This document shows positions 34,976-49,979 of a stretch of DNA of 64,000 bases, piece by piece. Positions within the stretch are counted from its first letter, which is position 1, and each line of letters begins with the position of its first letter. Origin of the DNA: Azolla caroliniana (Eukaryota; Plantae; Polypodiophyta); NCBI GenBank assembly GCA_043228905.1, contig JBHGNT010000007.1, positions 19,902,001 to 19,966,000 on the forward strand. The letters are read 5' to 3'. A program made the position numbers and the translations under genes. The notes beneath the pieces are model-generated. The model did no database searches. It was not told the origin of the DNA and was given only the letters and a program-made list of their open reading frames with translations.

Positions 34976-37577
34976 TGTGAATGAGTCAGTCTTAACATGA
35001 ACAACTTCAATCACAACATACAAGCAAGTGATGCGGATTATGTCAAGGATTAACCCTCATGCCCTAATAGTTTTTATTGCTTTCCTAATTTGACAATAGT
35101 ATCTTATGTTGAACTTGGTTTTAGATATATTCGTATGCATAATGACCAAGAGATCATGCCCTACAAAATTTGAGCTTCGAGTTCAACAAAATTCAACATA
35201 CTTAAACAAGTTTGGATAAAGCAAAAAGTCCTTGAACATATCTCAAAATGAAAAAGACATATGCAAGCATCCAACCTTGTCATTGGAATGTGACACCGAA
35301 AAACTCTAAGTGGTGTTGAATCACCCGTAGTAGATACAACAATGCATTTCTCATATTGTTCTCATATTAGGTTAGTACATTGATAAAAATCTCGAACCGA
35401 GCAAAGCAGTGTTGGGAAGTAAAACATTTTTTATCACTAGTTCGTGCAAATTGGGTTTCCTTCCAAAATATTGTTTTACATGCATCAAATTTTGTGAAAT
35501 AATTTGAATTGAATTGGTTGTGGCTTGCCCTTCCATTAATGTTATGTCATGTTATGTTAATTTGCCTTCCATTAATTTGATTATGCTTGATTGATTCATT
35601 AAAGTTTCACATTCTATATGTTGTGAAAGGTGTAATATGCTCATATTGATCTTGATTATTGAATTAGTTATTTTATAATTGCACTTGCTCTTCACAGATT
35701 ATGGAATGTTATTGATTCCATTGAGTCTCAAGTGAAAGAATATGCTTCCAATTGATTCCAGTGAATCTCAAACTATATGAGTTGAATTGGTTTTGGTTTG
35801 CCCTTCCAAAGCTACTCATGTTTATGATGTACCTTCCATGGATTTGATCTAGTTTCACATTCCATATGTTGTGAAAGGCAATGTGCTCATATTTATATTA
35901 ATCACAAAGTTAATTGTTTCATAATGGTATGTGGCATTCACCAATGATTGCATTGTTTCATAATGGTATGTCCACAACTAGGATGCCCTCATTCATAAGC
36001 TTACGATTACTTGTACGTGGCTTTCACCAATGAAATCTTCTTAGGAAAATATCTTATGAACGATGATACTTCACATGACACTTCATCATCATGGCTTTTC
36101 ATATCTAGCGGATTCATATAATGATCATTTTTTAGGAGAGTTGCATATTAGAAATTCATTGCTAAACTATTAATGTCCTATGTTTTTCTAAACACTTCGA
36201 ATAATCAATTTATTTTGTTGTTCATCAAACATCCATAATTCACCCAATATTTGATGTGGTATGATACAATCCAAGGATTCTAATGTTCACTTTAGTAATC
36301 CAAACCCATACATATATTGCATACTGTAGAGCACAAACCCATATCGTGTACATTGGAAGGATGCCTAAAGTGTGATGTATCGGGAACCATTGACGTGACA
36401 TGATTTAACAATCAAACTTGACTTTAGAATGTGACAGGTGAAGTTCGACAAAATTTCAAACTGTTTCTTGTGTTATCCTTTAATACTCAGACTTATGAAA
36501 AGAATACACGAAGCAAGGCGAGGTCAGAAAGGATACATATAGTCAACAGAGATAATGAGCATCAAATTGCCTTTGTTTTAACTGAATTATTAGAAGGAAA
36601 AAACACCTAGTTTGGGCGATATTTTAGGAAAGAACAAATTCGTGCATTTATGGCACATAGAAAAGTATGGCTCTTCCTTGTATTATTCATATTACATAAG
36701 ATCATATTTGATACATGTTCACAAAGAGGTCAAGTAGTCATAGAAAGGAGTTTTCAACGGACTTGGGCCTTAGTACTTCCATTCAATGAACCATGTGTTT
36801 TTTTTATATTGGCATAGCATTTAGATGTATCTAACGTGGATGTCACTTGTCTAAATGAGATAAATTTGTGTGCTACATACATAAGCCACTGATTCTTGCA
36901 TTTCTGGCCATTATGGGCACACGACATGAAATATTATTCCCTATTTGACAAATAACAATAAAACGTTAGAAAAAGTACAAATTGTTCTTTGTGAACTTTA
37001 AGGCATCTTTTCATGCTTCTATAACCAACAATAATATTAGGCGTAAAAAAAAGCATGCTCCAAGTGTTAAATCTGTATTCAATAATAACACCTTGGACAA
37101 CATATGCTCATTGTATAGTGGGTCTCACAAACTCATTCATAAATCTATGAAGCAAGTACATACATATTATATTAACTTTCTCTACAAAAAACCCCACCAT
37201 TATTAGATTGTAGCTCATTGGATTAATACAACTAGCGCAAGTCCTTGAGAATTCTATCAATATTTTAAAAAAACGTCGCTTTTGATGTGTCAAATAGTTC
37301 ACATAAAATACTTTGAAGTGAAATGAGTGTTATCTAGTGTTTCTCGAAGATTATCATGTAAGAAATAACGAGACTTCATATGCGCACACATGCACACAAA
37401 TGGCATGTGCAATATCCACAATCTATATAGCCTTGATAAACATCTTATTGCTTTATATATTATTACTTCTCACAAAGTTTGAAATATATGTATATATATT
37501 ATATTTCCATGGTTTATCAAATATGCTATGTGGAAGGTAGCAATCGATAGCCTCCAATGCTATGAATAAGCTACCCA

Positions 37578-37600
37578 CATATATATATATATATATATAT
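37578..37600. repeat. (AT)n microsatellite
   Basis: Direct read. Confidence 0.95.
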
Positions 37601-40600
37601 GTAGTTGCTTAGTTATCACACATGAGGTTGCGCATTAGGTGCATCTCTGCCACCTCGTGTTTGTAAGGGGTAGCTTGGCCGATACAAAAAAAAACACATG
37701 ACATTGGATACAACCACAATAATAATTTTAGGGAAAATTATTTATTAAGATATGATGCAACTAGGTGTCCATGTCAATGCCATTTCAAAGAAAAACTTCA
37801 GTGCCACTTCGTTGATCCATTTTTGGCATATCTAATGAGAGTGATTATGGAGCATGTATTGGTTGAATTGAGGCGGGCCATGATGTTGAGTTCTACTTCT
37901 AACAACCACTTATCTTGGTCTTGGTGTGTGCAAATTAATTTTTTTGAGAAAACGTTACTAACAACTATTTCACCTACAATTACCCAACAATCTAACTCTT
38001 CTTTTTTATAAGAGAAATATGAGAGGTATCACGCGTTGTTGGCAAGGTTTGTTAATTGAAAATATAAAGCAAATATGAACAAGAGATAATTACACATCTA
38101 CAATGTTGACAAATCATGTGACAATGTTCAAGCAAGACACGTCGATGATGATATTCACATGATGGGGTCAAGTAAGGAAAAGGATTACAATTCAAGGCAG
38201 AGCAAATCAATTTCTTCCTACATTCCAAGAGGTTCTCTCAAAATTATAAGATATTATCAAAGATGAGACTCAACACACCTATGCAGGCACTCGAGGGAGT
38301 AAACAATCAATTAGCCCCTGCCTGGTTGAGTGTGTTTGGGGGGAGGATAACGTATTGTTGGTCTCGTGAGCCATTTCCTCCCCTCTTATTCTTCTACAAT
38401 GTGTAGTGTGATGTATACGTAACTAGATGAGATGTTAGTCTCTAAAGCCAAATTTCCTTGACATTGTGCTTTCCGACAAGCATGATTCCATTTACCTAAC
38501 TAGGTGTGATGCACCAACTAACCCATAAACATGCTTTCTCTAAATGTTTCCTTGGCATAACTTCTTGGAATATTATTTTGGTGGGGTTCCTAAGTACCTT
38601 AATAGGCGGGTTGGGGGTGTGTTGCACTTGCAGTTATTGTGCACACTTGACTCATATTCTCTAGAATGTTCAAAATCATAAGTTTATGTAGGTGGGGTTT
38701 CCGATATTGGACAACTAAATGCAATGGGGACACGGGATAGCCAACCCCAAGCCAACGCCCCTCATGTTTTGCTATCATGTTTGATATTTATGAAATTCAT
38801 AGGTGATGGTTTGCATGTGGAGTTAGGTGTATTGTGGGCTATCACGAGTTTCTAGCCTTGGATCCCAAATTCTTTGTATTCCCTAAAATGTTCAACATAT
38901 GCAAACTTTCGAGCACAATTATCGCATACCAATTGTTGTTAGGATAAGATAAGGGGGTGGGTGTCCCTAAACCCCCACATTCCCTTGATGATGTTTCCCT
39001 AAAGTGTTCAACATCATGAACTTCTTACAAGTTGATCTCCTACGGACCATGTCAACACATTAGCGAATAAGTAAGATAAATACGCACATTAAAGCCTGAT
39101 TTTGAGAGTAATCAAAACAAGGCTATTCAACCTACTAAGAGCCTTCCATATATAGAAGAGATATACCTATTATAAGAATTTCGATTGAGGACGCCCTTGT
39201 AGATGCTTTCATTGGACTTGAAATCACATGTTTAATGCTCACTTATTTGTACATAGATTTTAGCACTTATCAATATGAAGATTTTTGTATTGACATAGGT
39301 GTAATAAGGACCATATAGGTTTATTTACCCCATCACACTTAGCTTGGTATGCCCTACTGCCCTTAGGAAAACCCTTAATGTTTACATTCCTGTAGGTGTT
39401 CACCGTTCTTTGTACTTTTATACTTTGACTCTTTGTAGTTTTTATTCGTCTACCACATCTACATCCTTTACAAGGTTGTTAGTGTAGTCATTTTGTCATG
39501 GATGTAGAAGTTCTACTAATGAAGATGATGTTTTTTTGGTAAAAACCCTTAATGTTCAATCCTAATCTTGATAGTGGGATGACTTATGGTGAATGTCTAC
39601 AATGACCTACATCTTACGTTCTTCATGAAAATGCTCACGTCTAGAGACTAGAAGCTAAGAATGTCGAATAAAAGGAAATATCGGCTTTTGAGGAAAAATT
39701 CCCAAATAATGATGGATATGAATCACGATAGGTCATTAGGGAAAAGCGTTTCATTCATTTGAGTGAGGGAGGATGAGCTCAAGTCCCACTTGGGTGAGTG
39801 CAATATATTTTAGAATGGATCCACCTTAAAACACTTTTGATCAAACAAGCATTACCAATCATTTTGCCACCATGTAAGCAACATGCCCATCTCCAAAGGC
39901 TTATGATCAAACACTTGAGTTAGTTATCAACCCATTTCTTATGCAACTAATCATTTGATGCCATGTAGATGCTCAGTCTTTTCCTAGACTTTTGATAGGA
40001 GATTTTAGTCAAATTATAACCCTTACGTGTGTTTGACCAATAATTTGCCACCCTTTTTCTGAGGCTCATGTTCAAGTGCTTTACCTGAGTTATCGCCCTT
40101 AAAATTAATGACAACCAATCTGCCATGTAAGATTTACCTTCTACGACCCTTTCTTTTTCTATAGCTCATCATGGGTCGCCCTTGCTTTTCTACAACAAAC
40201 TAGTTATGGACACGTAAGCATCACACCCCCTTTTTTCCAATCCAATAGTTCAACATGGTTATCATTCCTTAACTTTTGTTTGTGTGACCGATTTGCTTTG
40301 TTACGAGGCACTCCTTTTTTTCCATCCCAAAACATTCTACCTCAGCTATCGCCCCGTACTTTTTCTTGCAATCAATCATTCACAGAGAGCCATGTAAACA
40401 ACATATTCCTTTTCCACCCCAACACTTTACTCTACCAAGCGCTACACCGTCCCTATGACCAATCCATCGATCAACATATGCATGGGGCCAAGAATTGTGA
40501 GATGCTTGACTTGAGATACCACATATGCGTTTGGCTTGTAGTCGGCTGATCGAGCTAGAGATAAAGGAGGTGTTTGTCTTTTGCTTTTGCTTTTCGTGTG

Positions 40601-40620
40601 CCTGCCCAAGACTTTATTGG

Positions 40621-41036
40621 CATGGAGCTACCAATCGATGGCAAACATTTGATCCACGTCCCTGTTGCCGAGCCTAGCTTTTTTGGCGTGTCCACGCATC
40701 TCGGGCGGCGAATCAGATCATTCATGGAGCTACCAATCAATGGAAAACATTTGATCCGCGTCCCTGTTGCCGAGCCTAGCTTTTTTTGGTGTGTCCACGC
40801 ATCTCGGGCGGCGAATCAGATCATTCATGGAGCTACCAATCAATGGAAAACATTTGATCCGCATCCCTGTTGCCGAGGCCGGCTTTTTTTGGCGTGTTCA
40901 CGCATCTCGGGCGGCGAATTAGATCATTCATGGAGCTACCGATCAATGGAAAACATTTGATCTGCATCCTTGTTGCCGAGGCCGGCTTTTTTTGGTGTGC
41001 CCACGCGTCTCGAGCGACGAAGAATCAGATCATTCA
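40621..41036. repeat. ~102-103-bp GC-rich tandem repeat x4
   Basis: catggagctacc.atc.atgg.aaacatttgatc...tgttgccgag...cacgc.tctcg.gcg.cgaa..agatcatt; units start at 40621, ~40723, ~40826 and ~40929. Confidence 0.95.
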
Positions 41037-42618
41037 AGGGCGGGCCAAGGACAGGACAGAGCATATGGGGGATGGAATCTGGCAAATTGGGAGAGGTTAT
41101 CGTAGGGTTTTTTTTTTTTTTTTTCCTGTGTCTGGGCAGATGGGCGGGGAGCCGGGGGGCCGGAATTTTATTTTTTTTCCCAGTGGCCGCAGACACTGGA
41201 TCTGTTGATCAATCAATCGAATGATGCCATTGCCATGTGACCAGAAGAAGAAGAAGAAGAAGAAGAAGAAGGAATAGAGAGCTCCACATTTCCTTCCAAA
41301 AAGCTCTTCTTCTTTTTTCCACTCTTTCTTTTTCATTATCTTTTCTTCTTCTTCTTCTGCAGCCTTTTCTTCTTCTTCTTCTTCTTTCTTCAGAGAGACA
41401 GAGAGACAGAGACAGAGACAGACCATCTTTCCTTTTTCTTCTCCTTCCCCCACCATGCCTCCTCTTCCTGTTCCTGCTTCTTCTTCTTCTTCTTCCTCCA
41501 TCCAATCCTTCCTATGCTCCCATCTCTGAGCTTCTCCCCCCCCCCCCCCCCCCATCCAACCTGTACCCCCCCTCTGCTTAGGGTTTCGGTCCTCTTAGGG
41601 TTTGTTTTTGAAGAACAGGAAGAAGACGATGTTCGACGACGATTGACGAAAGAGCAGGAAGAGTAAGAATTGGAACCAGCTTCCACAGGTGAACTGAGAA
41701 GAGCTTTCAGCAGAAAGACGAAGGAGAAGGAGAAATTTCTTCAGGCGGAAGGAGAGCTTGTTTTGTGAGAAATAAGAAGGATACGTTTCCGCAGACAGAA
41801 CAAGGAGAAATTAATAAATGTTTCTGCAGAAAGAAGAAGAAGGAAGAGAGAGAAATTGGTGTGTAAGCGACAAGAACAAAGTCATTTTCTGCCAAAAACA
41901 ACAAAAGGGAAGATATTTTTCTGCCAAAAGCAAGATGAGCAGCGATGAGACCATGGATTTCTTCTTATTGAGGTAAGAGTCTTCTCAGAAACTTAGAAAA
42001 GGAAGCGTTTCTTCTGATCTCTGTTGAGAGGAGGAAACAAAGCTGTGCTAGAAGGAGGAGTCGTTTATTTTTATTCTTTTGGCTGGTTCGAGAGAGTGGA
42101 TAATCGTGGCTTTATCTCTCCTTGCCTCTATTAGGGTAAGGCAGGGACTTTGCTGAGGTTAGCACAGTGCAAGAAAGACAGGATCTTTGCAAGAGAAAGT
42201 TAAAGACATATAAAGTTACCGCCGCCATGGTTTCTGCAGACGTTCGCACATAGAGAGATTTCTGTGAATTTGCTAGGCTTTGCATGGACAAGGATTTGCA
42301 GGAAAACTAGACTTCTTCTTGCTAGTGCTAGAAAAGACAGAGGTAGGTTTAACAAAGGCAGAGATTCGTGAGAATGAAACCTTGCCATGCTTAGCAAAGA
42401 TGGCGATTAATGAGAAAGGAGGACCTCGTTGGTAAGGTTAAGGTTAAGAAAGAAAGAGATCAGTAAGAAGAGAAAACGTCACATATGAACATTGAAGGAA
42501 CTTTGCTAGGGTTAGCAAAGACAGAGATTAGTGAGCGAGAATCTCTTTGCTAGGGTAAACAGCGATAGATAGACATAAGTAAGAAAACACTGAGACCATT
42601 GAAAAAACCCCCATACAG

Positions 42619-45600
42619 ATGGAACAATACGTGAGCATGGCTGATCAGGATACAAACTTCCAGATTTTCACTGAAATTCAAGACTATCACAGACTTGGCG
42701 AAGTTTCGGACATGTCGGTCGATAGCCATCAGACAAGCAATGGTGGCTCCATGTATAGCAGTGTTGGCTCTAATAATAACTCGAGAACTATCCTAATGCA
42801 TCCTGACCTAAGGACCAGAACGAGAACATCTTTCGTAGGTCATAGTGCTGTCCACAGAAATGGTGTTCCTCACCATCTGGGAAATGATGCCCTCTGTCGT
42901 GCCCTTTTAGATGATCAATATCCAGCCGAAGGCCTCGAACAGTATGAGGAATGGACTATTGATTTGAGAAGGCTCCATATGGGTCCAGCATTTGCGCAAG
43001 GAGCATTTGGGAGGCTATATAGAGGTACTTACAAAGGAGAAGAGGTTGCAGTGAAGATACTAGAAAGACCTGAGAATGATATGGAAAAAGCAAATGCCAT
43101 GGAGCAGCAATTTACTCAGGAAGTGATAATGCTTGCGAGTCTGCGGCATGAGAATGTGGTGAGATTTCTCGGAGCTTGTAGAAAGCCCATGGTGTGGTGT
43201 ATTGTCACAGAGTATGCAAAAGGGGGTTCTTTGAGAATGTCTCTTGCAAGGAAGAAAACTGTGCCGCTGAGGTTTGCAGTGAGAAATGCATTAGATATAG
43301 CCAGGGGAATGGAGTATTTGCACACATGTGGTGTTATTCATCGAGATCTCAAGTCTGACAACTTATTGATTGCAGACAAGTCCATCAAAATAGCAGATTT
43401 CGGAGTTGCAAGAATAGAGGTGGAGACTGATGGAATGACCCCGGAGACTGGAACATACCGCTGGATGGCCCCGTAAGCATTTCTTTCCTTTATCCCCCTT
43501 CTTTGTTTTGACAAGCTCTTCTTTGGCACTTTTTAGGGGTATAGATCTTATCTCTGTTTGATTAGATCTTCTTTCGTGCATTTAGAAGTGTAGAAACTTC
43601 AATGTTTCCAAAGATGTTTTGTTTGTCTTTAGGTGGTTTCCTCAATTGATGAAATGACAAAGAACAAAATGGGTTTGTAGGGTAAGTGATGGCTGAAGAT
43701 GATATGAAAATTTTAAAATTCTAGGGGAAAAAAACAGAGTGTTGTTTTTCTAGATGTAATGTAAAATAATGATTTCACAGAAATTTAAATAAATTGTCCT
43801 TAAGAGGCCTCGGATTTTCTCTAAAATATTAAGTGGAGGACTTAACTGATTAGGTTGTAACGTAAAAATAAATAATTAAGAGTGTATCCAATTGGAATGC
43901 CATGCTAATGAACTTTGAGAACCTTCCTTTTTTTCAAAGTATGCTCACTGTTTGTAACAGCTGTTTGCCATAATCATGCCGTAGTATGGGGTGATGTTTC
44001 CAGGCCTTGGAAATGAAATGGGTACGGAGTCAGTTGAAAATTTTCCTGGTTTTTGAAGTTTCACATTTCTACATTTGCTGTAAAGGATGAAGAAATGCTG
44101 GGAGTTTCAATTTGTGTATCTTTGAATCGAAACCTTTTCTTTTGGTCCTAATATTCAAAGACCAAGGGGAGAGAATGATTCAACACTCCTGTACTATTTG
44201 GAAAGTAAAATTAGGTCAATTTGAGGCCCCCCTTCCCCCAGTTCTAGAAATTTCAAGGGACGCTAGTTATACATCTCATTCTCCAGGATGTATACTCCAT
44301 ATTCCCGACCTAAAACTTTTAAAGGGAGAGTAATCACTCTTTTTTACGTGCTGTCATACCCAGTTGGTAGTTAAGGGGTGCACAGTCCATGGATCATCAT
44401 CTGGCATGTTTTTCATTTGATTCTGGGTGTACAGTCACGGATCTTTGCTATCGAGTTTGAGCTTTTAGAGTTGACCTTCCATCTAATGCTGAGGGGCCGT
44501 ATTACCATATTCAGCAGCATAATCTAAAATTCTGATTGGGTATATTAATATACAGAAACGGCCACAATAGATTATTTTCCAGTCATAATGATGTTTTTAT
44601 TATGGCCTGTTTTCTTTGTGAATGGATTCGAATCCTGAAAAAGGTTGCCCTGTTGCTTTATTTTTTCATTTGTCAAGCTTTCTATTGTTCATCTTCTAGT
44701 TTAGGATTTGGTTCTGTTGCTTAGATAAGCGCCAATGTTAAACTTTTGCTCAGTTCTATGCTTTCCAAGTCATCTCTTTCATTTGTCAAGCTTTCTATTG
44801 TTCATGATAGGAAATATTAGACTTGAGATCCCATTTCCACTTTGAAATAGGCCAGAAATGTTCCCATCCAAGTTGTCATAGGAGAAGAGATCTCAACATT
44901 TCTCACGATGTGTCTGAGCAACATTTTGAGTTTTAGAGATTTCTTGCACAACATTATTGGCTAGAAGAGCAAATCTTCTTGCACACCGGTGGTAAGAAAA
45001 CACTACGTGAATGTTCATCATAAGGATTGATATTTTATATTTGTCTCTAGTGTTCATTCCAGTGAGATAAGGGCCATTTTTTTCACATTAACCTGCACAC
45101 ACAAATCCATATTGACATTTGAAACAGACAATGGATGAAATGCTGATGAGCGGCAATGAATCCTCAACTCATGGGTGGCCTTGACATGCCCATTCTATTG
45201 TTAAAATTTGGGGTATGTGAATGCTGATATATAACTTGTAACCAGTGTCAATCAGCATTGGTAACATGAAAGAGAAAGTGGGCTGAGATTGCAATGAGTA
45301 TATGTGTAATATTATGTGTGTTTGTGTGTGGCCACAGAAAGCTACACAGAGAAACCAAAGAGGGCTGAAAACTTCCAAAAGAAGGCTCAGAAAGTGCCTG
45401 AAACAAACTGCTGCACAGTAAACTGTACAAATGGCAATATTTGTGGGAAAAGTAGCACATTTTCCTCCAATTATGTTATGTTATGTCATTATAGTATGCG
45501 ATTTTAGCTGGGTCCACTATTACAGCTAATGCCGCATAGACGTTGTGAGGTGTGCATATCCAACATTTAAATGTTTTCTTTTTATGCATATCATTATCCT

Positions 45601-46267
45601 TTCAGTTTGTTGCTGCTTAGCTGCCGATTCAGTGATCATCAACCATTAATCTTTTGACTTACTAAGTATTCCTTCCTTTCAAGAAATGTAGAATATTTGA
45701 TACCAAAATCCCATTTGAAGCCTTAACCCTCAGAAAGGCAGCAATCTACAGTTTTTGAAAGCCTGGTCTTCTCTGTTTACTAATTGCTTTTTAAATGTTA
45801 ATCATCCCTATGTTTGCAAATAAGGGGCAGTGTTCCTCACACTTTGCTTTATATGTATACATGTCGAATCCTATTAATTGCATGGGAACTGAAAGCCAGT
45901 TGTTCTGCTTGCTTGTTGTAGGGAAATGATACAGCGCCGTGCTTATAATCACAAAGTGGATGTGTATAGCTTTGGTATCGTGCTATGGGAACTTGTGACT
46001 GGAAATGTTCCTTTCCAGAACATGACTGCAGTCCAGGCTGCATTTGCTGTCGTGAATAGAGGAGCGAGGCCTGAGATTCCACACGATTGTCCTCCAGTTC
46101 TTATAGAAATCATGACTCGTTGCTGGGACTCAAATCCAGAGGTTAGGCCATCTTTCGCCGAAATTGTGATGATGTTAGAGACAGCTCAACAAATCATTAC
46201 AAGAACAGTGGGAACAGCAAAGTTCCGAGGATGTGGTTGTTTGATGAGCCCACTGACTATGGATTAA
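42619..46267 (+). CDS. Raf-like (subgroup C, STY13/Raf22-Raf28-like) Ser/Thr/Tyr protein kinase, ~399 aa, 2 coding exons
   Basis: Exons 42619-43472 and 45922-46267 join as WMAP|EMIQ. Motifs [50 protein letters not shown]. Confidence 0.95.
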
Positions 46268-47189
46268 AAGATCTCAAACAAGAATATGTGGAAATTCTGA
46301 TGTATAATGTGTTGTTGTGGACCAAGTGAATGGTTTTAGGTTAACCATTCCAACAATCATGAAAAATCTGTTCCCAGCCCTATCTTAAGCTTGGGATTTT
46401 TTTTTTTGTCTTCCCCCCCCCTCAATATTGATAAATATTTAGACTTCAATTTCTTTTACTTTGAGCATTCCATCTTCTTGATAAAGTGTGAGAAAATGGT
46501 AGCATAAAACTTATGGGCTCGAACGCTCCTTTATTAACGTTGAACCTTTTTGGGCTGCATGACTCTTGTTTACATCTTTCTCGTTGGATTTTTACTTTTG
46601 AGCATTCCGTCTTGATAGTGTGAGAAAATGGTAGCTACTAGCATAACATTCACAGGCTTGATAACTCCGTATAAACATTAAGCTTTTTTGAGCTGCACAA
46701 ATCTGGTTTGTGTCTTTCTCTTGGATTTCCAAAAAATACTTTCTAATGTCTTTGTAGCCTTTATCTAAATTGACTAATACCACATTCAATATCTATTTCG
46801 ATGGCATTGCACGATTTTGGTTTTCTTTTGTCTATTATACAACATTGAGACTATTTATAGCTTTTAAAGAATAAGAGATTGATGGCTAGGTTCATATAAA
46901 TTTCAGGGGTACTTGTGTGGAACAATGCATAATTCTTGACAAGATAAACTGAAATATTGCTCACATCATACCAATGGACCCATTATGAATGGCTAGATGA
47001 AAATGACTCCATGAAAGATGCGCATAGTCAAAAGATTGCATATGTTTTGTGTTGAAAATGGGTGAGTGTGGTGTATATTAGACTATAGAGTGATTCCCAA
47101 GGGCTTTCTATCTCCGAATGAGAAGGTCAATCATTTACAAGACTTGAATAAGGATTCCCTAATTTGTAATGGAAAGACGTTGTTGGGTA

Positions 47190-47492
47190 GAAAATGTAGC
47201 TCCATTTTTGTGCAAAGAAAAAAGCTAGGTCGATGCTATCTATGATTCCCTAATTTGTAGTGGAAAGACTGAAAAATGTAGCGCCATTTTTTAGCAAAGA
47301 AAAAAGCCAAGCTCGATGTATATGTGATTAGCAAAACAGAAGCTAAAAAATGTTGCGCCATTTTTTAGCAAAGAAAAAAGCCAAGCTCGATGTATTTGTG
47401 ATTAGCAAAACAGAAGCTAAAAATTGTTGTGCCATTTTTTAGCAAAGAAAAAAGCCAAGCTCGATGTATTTGTGATTAGCAAAACAGAAGCT
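47190..47492. repeat. ~74-bp tandem repeat, 3 good copies plus 1 diverged
   Basis: gccattttttagcaaagaaaaaagccaagctcgatgtat.tgtgattagcaaaacagaagct repeated. Confidence 0.93.
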
Positions 47493-49979
47493 GAGAGCAC
47501 TATAGAGTATCTCATTGTTGTCATCATGGACATTAGTGACATTGATAGTTGAGGTGACAATACCATAAAGAAAGTATTTCATTGCCATCATTTTGAAATG
47601 GATGTGAAAATAGAAAAGATAGAAAGGTTGAAGAGGAAAATGGGTACGTTGGAACTTTTCAACATAGATAAAGAGGTTGTTTAGTTAGTTAGTTCAAGCC
47701 ATGGTTTATTCTCATTTGATCGCTTCCATTGTATATCGAATAAATGCTTGCTAATCTCACCATTCCATGTATGGATTATTCCATCACTCCACCTTAATGA
47801 AACTAGTGACGTTCGCTTCTTTTTGGTACCTCTCCATGCAAAGGTGGCCACGGATGGGCATCTTTATACGATGTATCCTTTCTACTAAATCACAAAGCTA
47901 ATGCCAAGTCATTTAGGGGACATTTCAACACTTGATGCATCGTAATGTTTTCTCTGGTTATTGAGCTTGCAAGAGAATGCAAAAGGGAAAGGATGAGATG
48001 AACATTGAAAATGGTGGCTTGGAAGGTGAGCACAATGTCAAAGTTGATTAGAAGTGTGCTATAAAATGAACGAGTACCTAATTTTATCGTCAATATTGCA
48101 AAATGTTGTGAGAAAAGACATTGCATGCATTGGGAATGGTGTTAATAGTAGAAGTAGAACAAATAGGAATTGTGTTTATGCACCTTCGATTACAAATCCT
48201 CGTAGGAAGCCATGACAATTGTCTCGTATCAAAATCATTAGGATGAGGAACTCATTCATAAGTAGAAGCATTTGAGTGAAGTCTAACACATGAGAAACTT
48301 TAGGGTGAGTGGAAAGAGCACCACAAATGTTTGCAACTTTGAGAATGTTAAAAAAATATATGGGATACATGTGTCCATTGATGTCATGAGAAACATTGAG
48401 GAAAACCTAAGTGACAAATTGGGATCAAAATCTAATTGCCCCAAAGTTTGCTCATTACAAATAATTTTAGGTGTCCCATCAATCATATTCAATCTCTTAT
48501 ATGTCTCCCTACTATACACATTTATCCCAAAACAATTTTGGGAGTCTTGAGTATCATCATGCTTAGATACAATGCCCCACCCCAATCCTCACATGAATTT
48601 CTCTCTCAATTGCAACATTCATTAGTAAAGTTCTTGAATATCGCGAGTTGCTACTCTTTCACATTTATTTCTTGAAAGCATTATAAATTTGGTGTCATGT
48701 GTCATATATTGACCTCCAAAGATGATGATAAAACCTCTCTTTCCCATAGCTCACATGTGTATCATCCATTGCGACAACATTCAATTTTAATATACCTTAG
48801 AATCTCAAAGAAAGTATTACAAAGTTTGGTGAGTGCATTATCATGGTAGAGTCATGACTTTTGCGTCCATCAACATTAGATACACAGTTTTATGGATGAG
48901 CGAAAAATGAAAGGGGAGAAATATTATGATAAATCAACGACCTATCTCTTGCCTAGCTCTGCTTTTTTTTGTGATCTAACTGTAATGATGTGAAAATGTT
49001 TGACCCTCATCGAAGTGCTTTTGGCTTATGGACGTTGTTCAATCTCGATACCATATGCCTTGAAAGTTGAGTTAGTTTCGTAATTCAATGATTTGATTAT
49101 CGCACGTGATTTTGCCCTTTCTAGAAAACATTACCATATTCTGTTCTCTAGAAATATCTTCCGTCTCGTAAATGTAACCTCCAAAGGTACTTAATAAGTT
49201 ATAATAGGACATAGGTTTGCAATGGCGCCATTATATACAAATACGAAGCACACTAGTTTTGAACCTCATCAAGATATGCGATAGGATCTCTGCCAATGCA
49301 TAATTATGTTTCCATCCCCAGCTTCAACATCTCAATTTAAATTGAAGTGGACCAACTTCCCGAACCATATGCTTTTTGTATTATCGGTCTCTTTGATTGT
49401 AGCACCAAACAGAGTCTTCCTTCCCACTTCTTTACACACTCGTGGCAACGATACAAAGGTTGCATCCTCTTTAAAGGATTGGTTTTTTTTTTTCTCAACG
49501 TGGAATGTAGGAACCAAATCAGACTAGGAAGAGTTTGCTCGACACATGAAGTTTTAAAGGCAAACTAGTTGCCCTAGTGCATTGTACGAACTGCCAACTA
49601 GTCGAGGCAAAGATGACACACACAATTGACAGAGATGGTGTCCTGTAGGAGTGATTCGGGTTGCCACACTAGCGTGGATCACTTAGAGTTGGTTGGTTCA
49701 TCGAAGCCTTGAGTTTATCGGAAGCTAACCCGCCGGTGTTCCGTGTTCTTGCTTGTTGAGGGGTTAACGTGATTGACATTGATCAACAAGTCAAATGATC
49801 CAACAGTTTTTCGTCCTGGCATTTTCTCATGTGGCCACGATTTATCATGATCAGGAAGAGTGAAGTTGTCGAGAATAATGAACTATGCGTCGTCGTCTCG
49901 AGTCCATAGACTCACACACGCACACACCAGATGAGACCAGATCCTCTTTGTGTGTCTTTGTTTTCTCGTTTGGGCATGT

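Noticed and set aside
38270-38342. Imperfect hairpin resembling a miRNA precursor
   Set aside because: Pairing is short and interrupted, and there is no match to a conserved miRNA I recognise.
41097-41686. Overlapping ORFs rich in E/R/F/L
   Set aside because: Products of (GAA)n/(CTT)n and C-run low-complexity sequence.
48290-48550. HVSIDVMRNIEEN resembling a CACTA transposase motif
   Set aside because: Single weak motif with no TIRs or further domain support; probably a decayed TE but unassignable.
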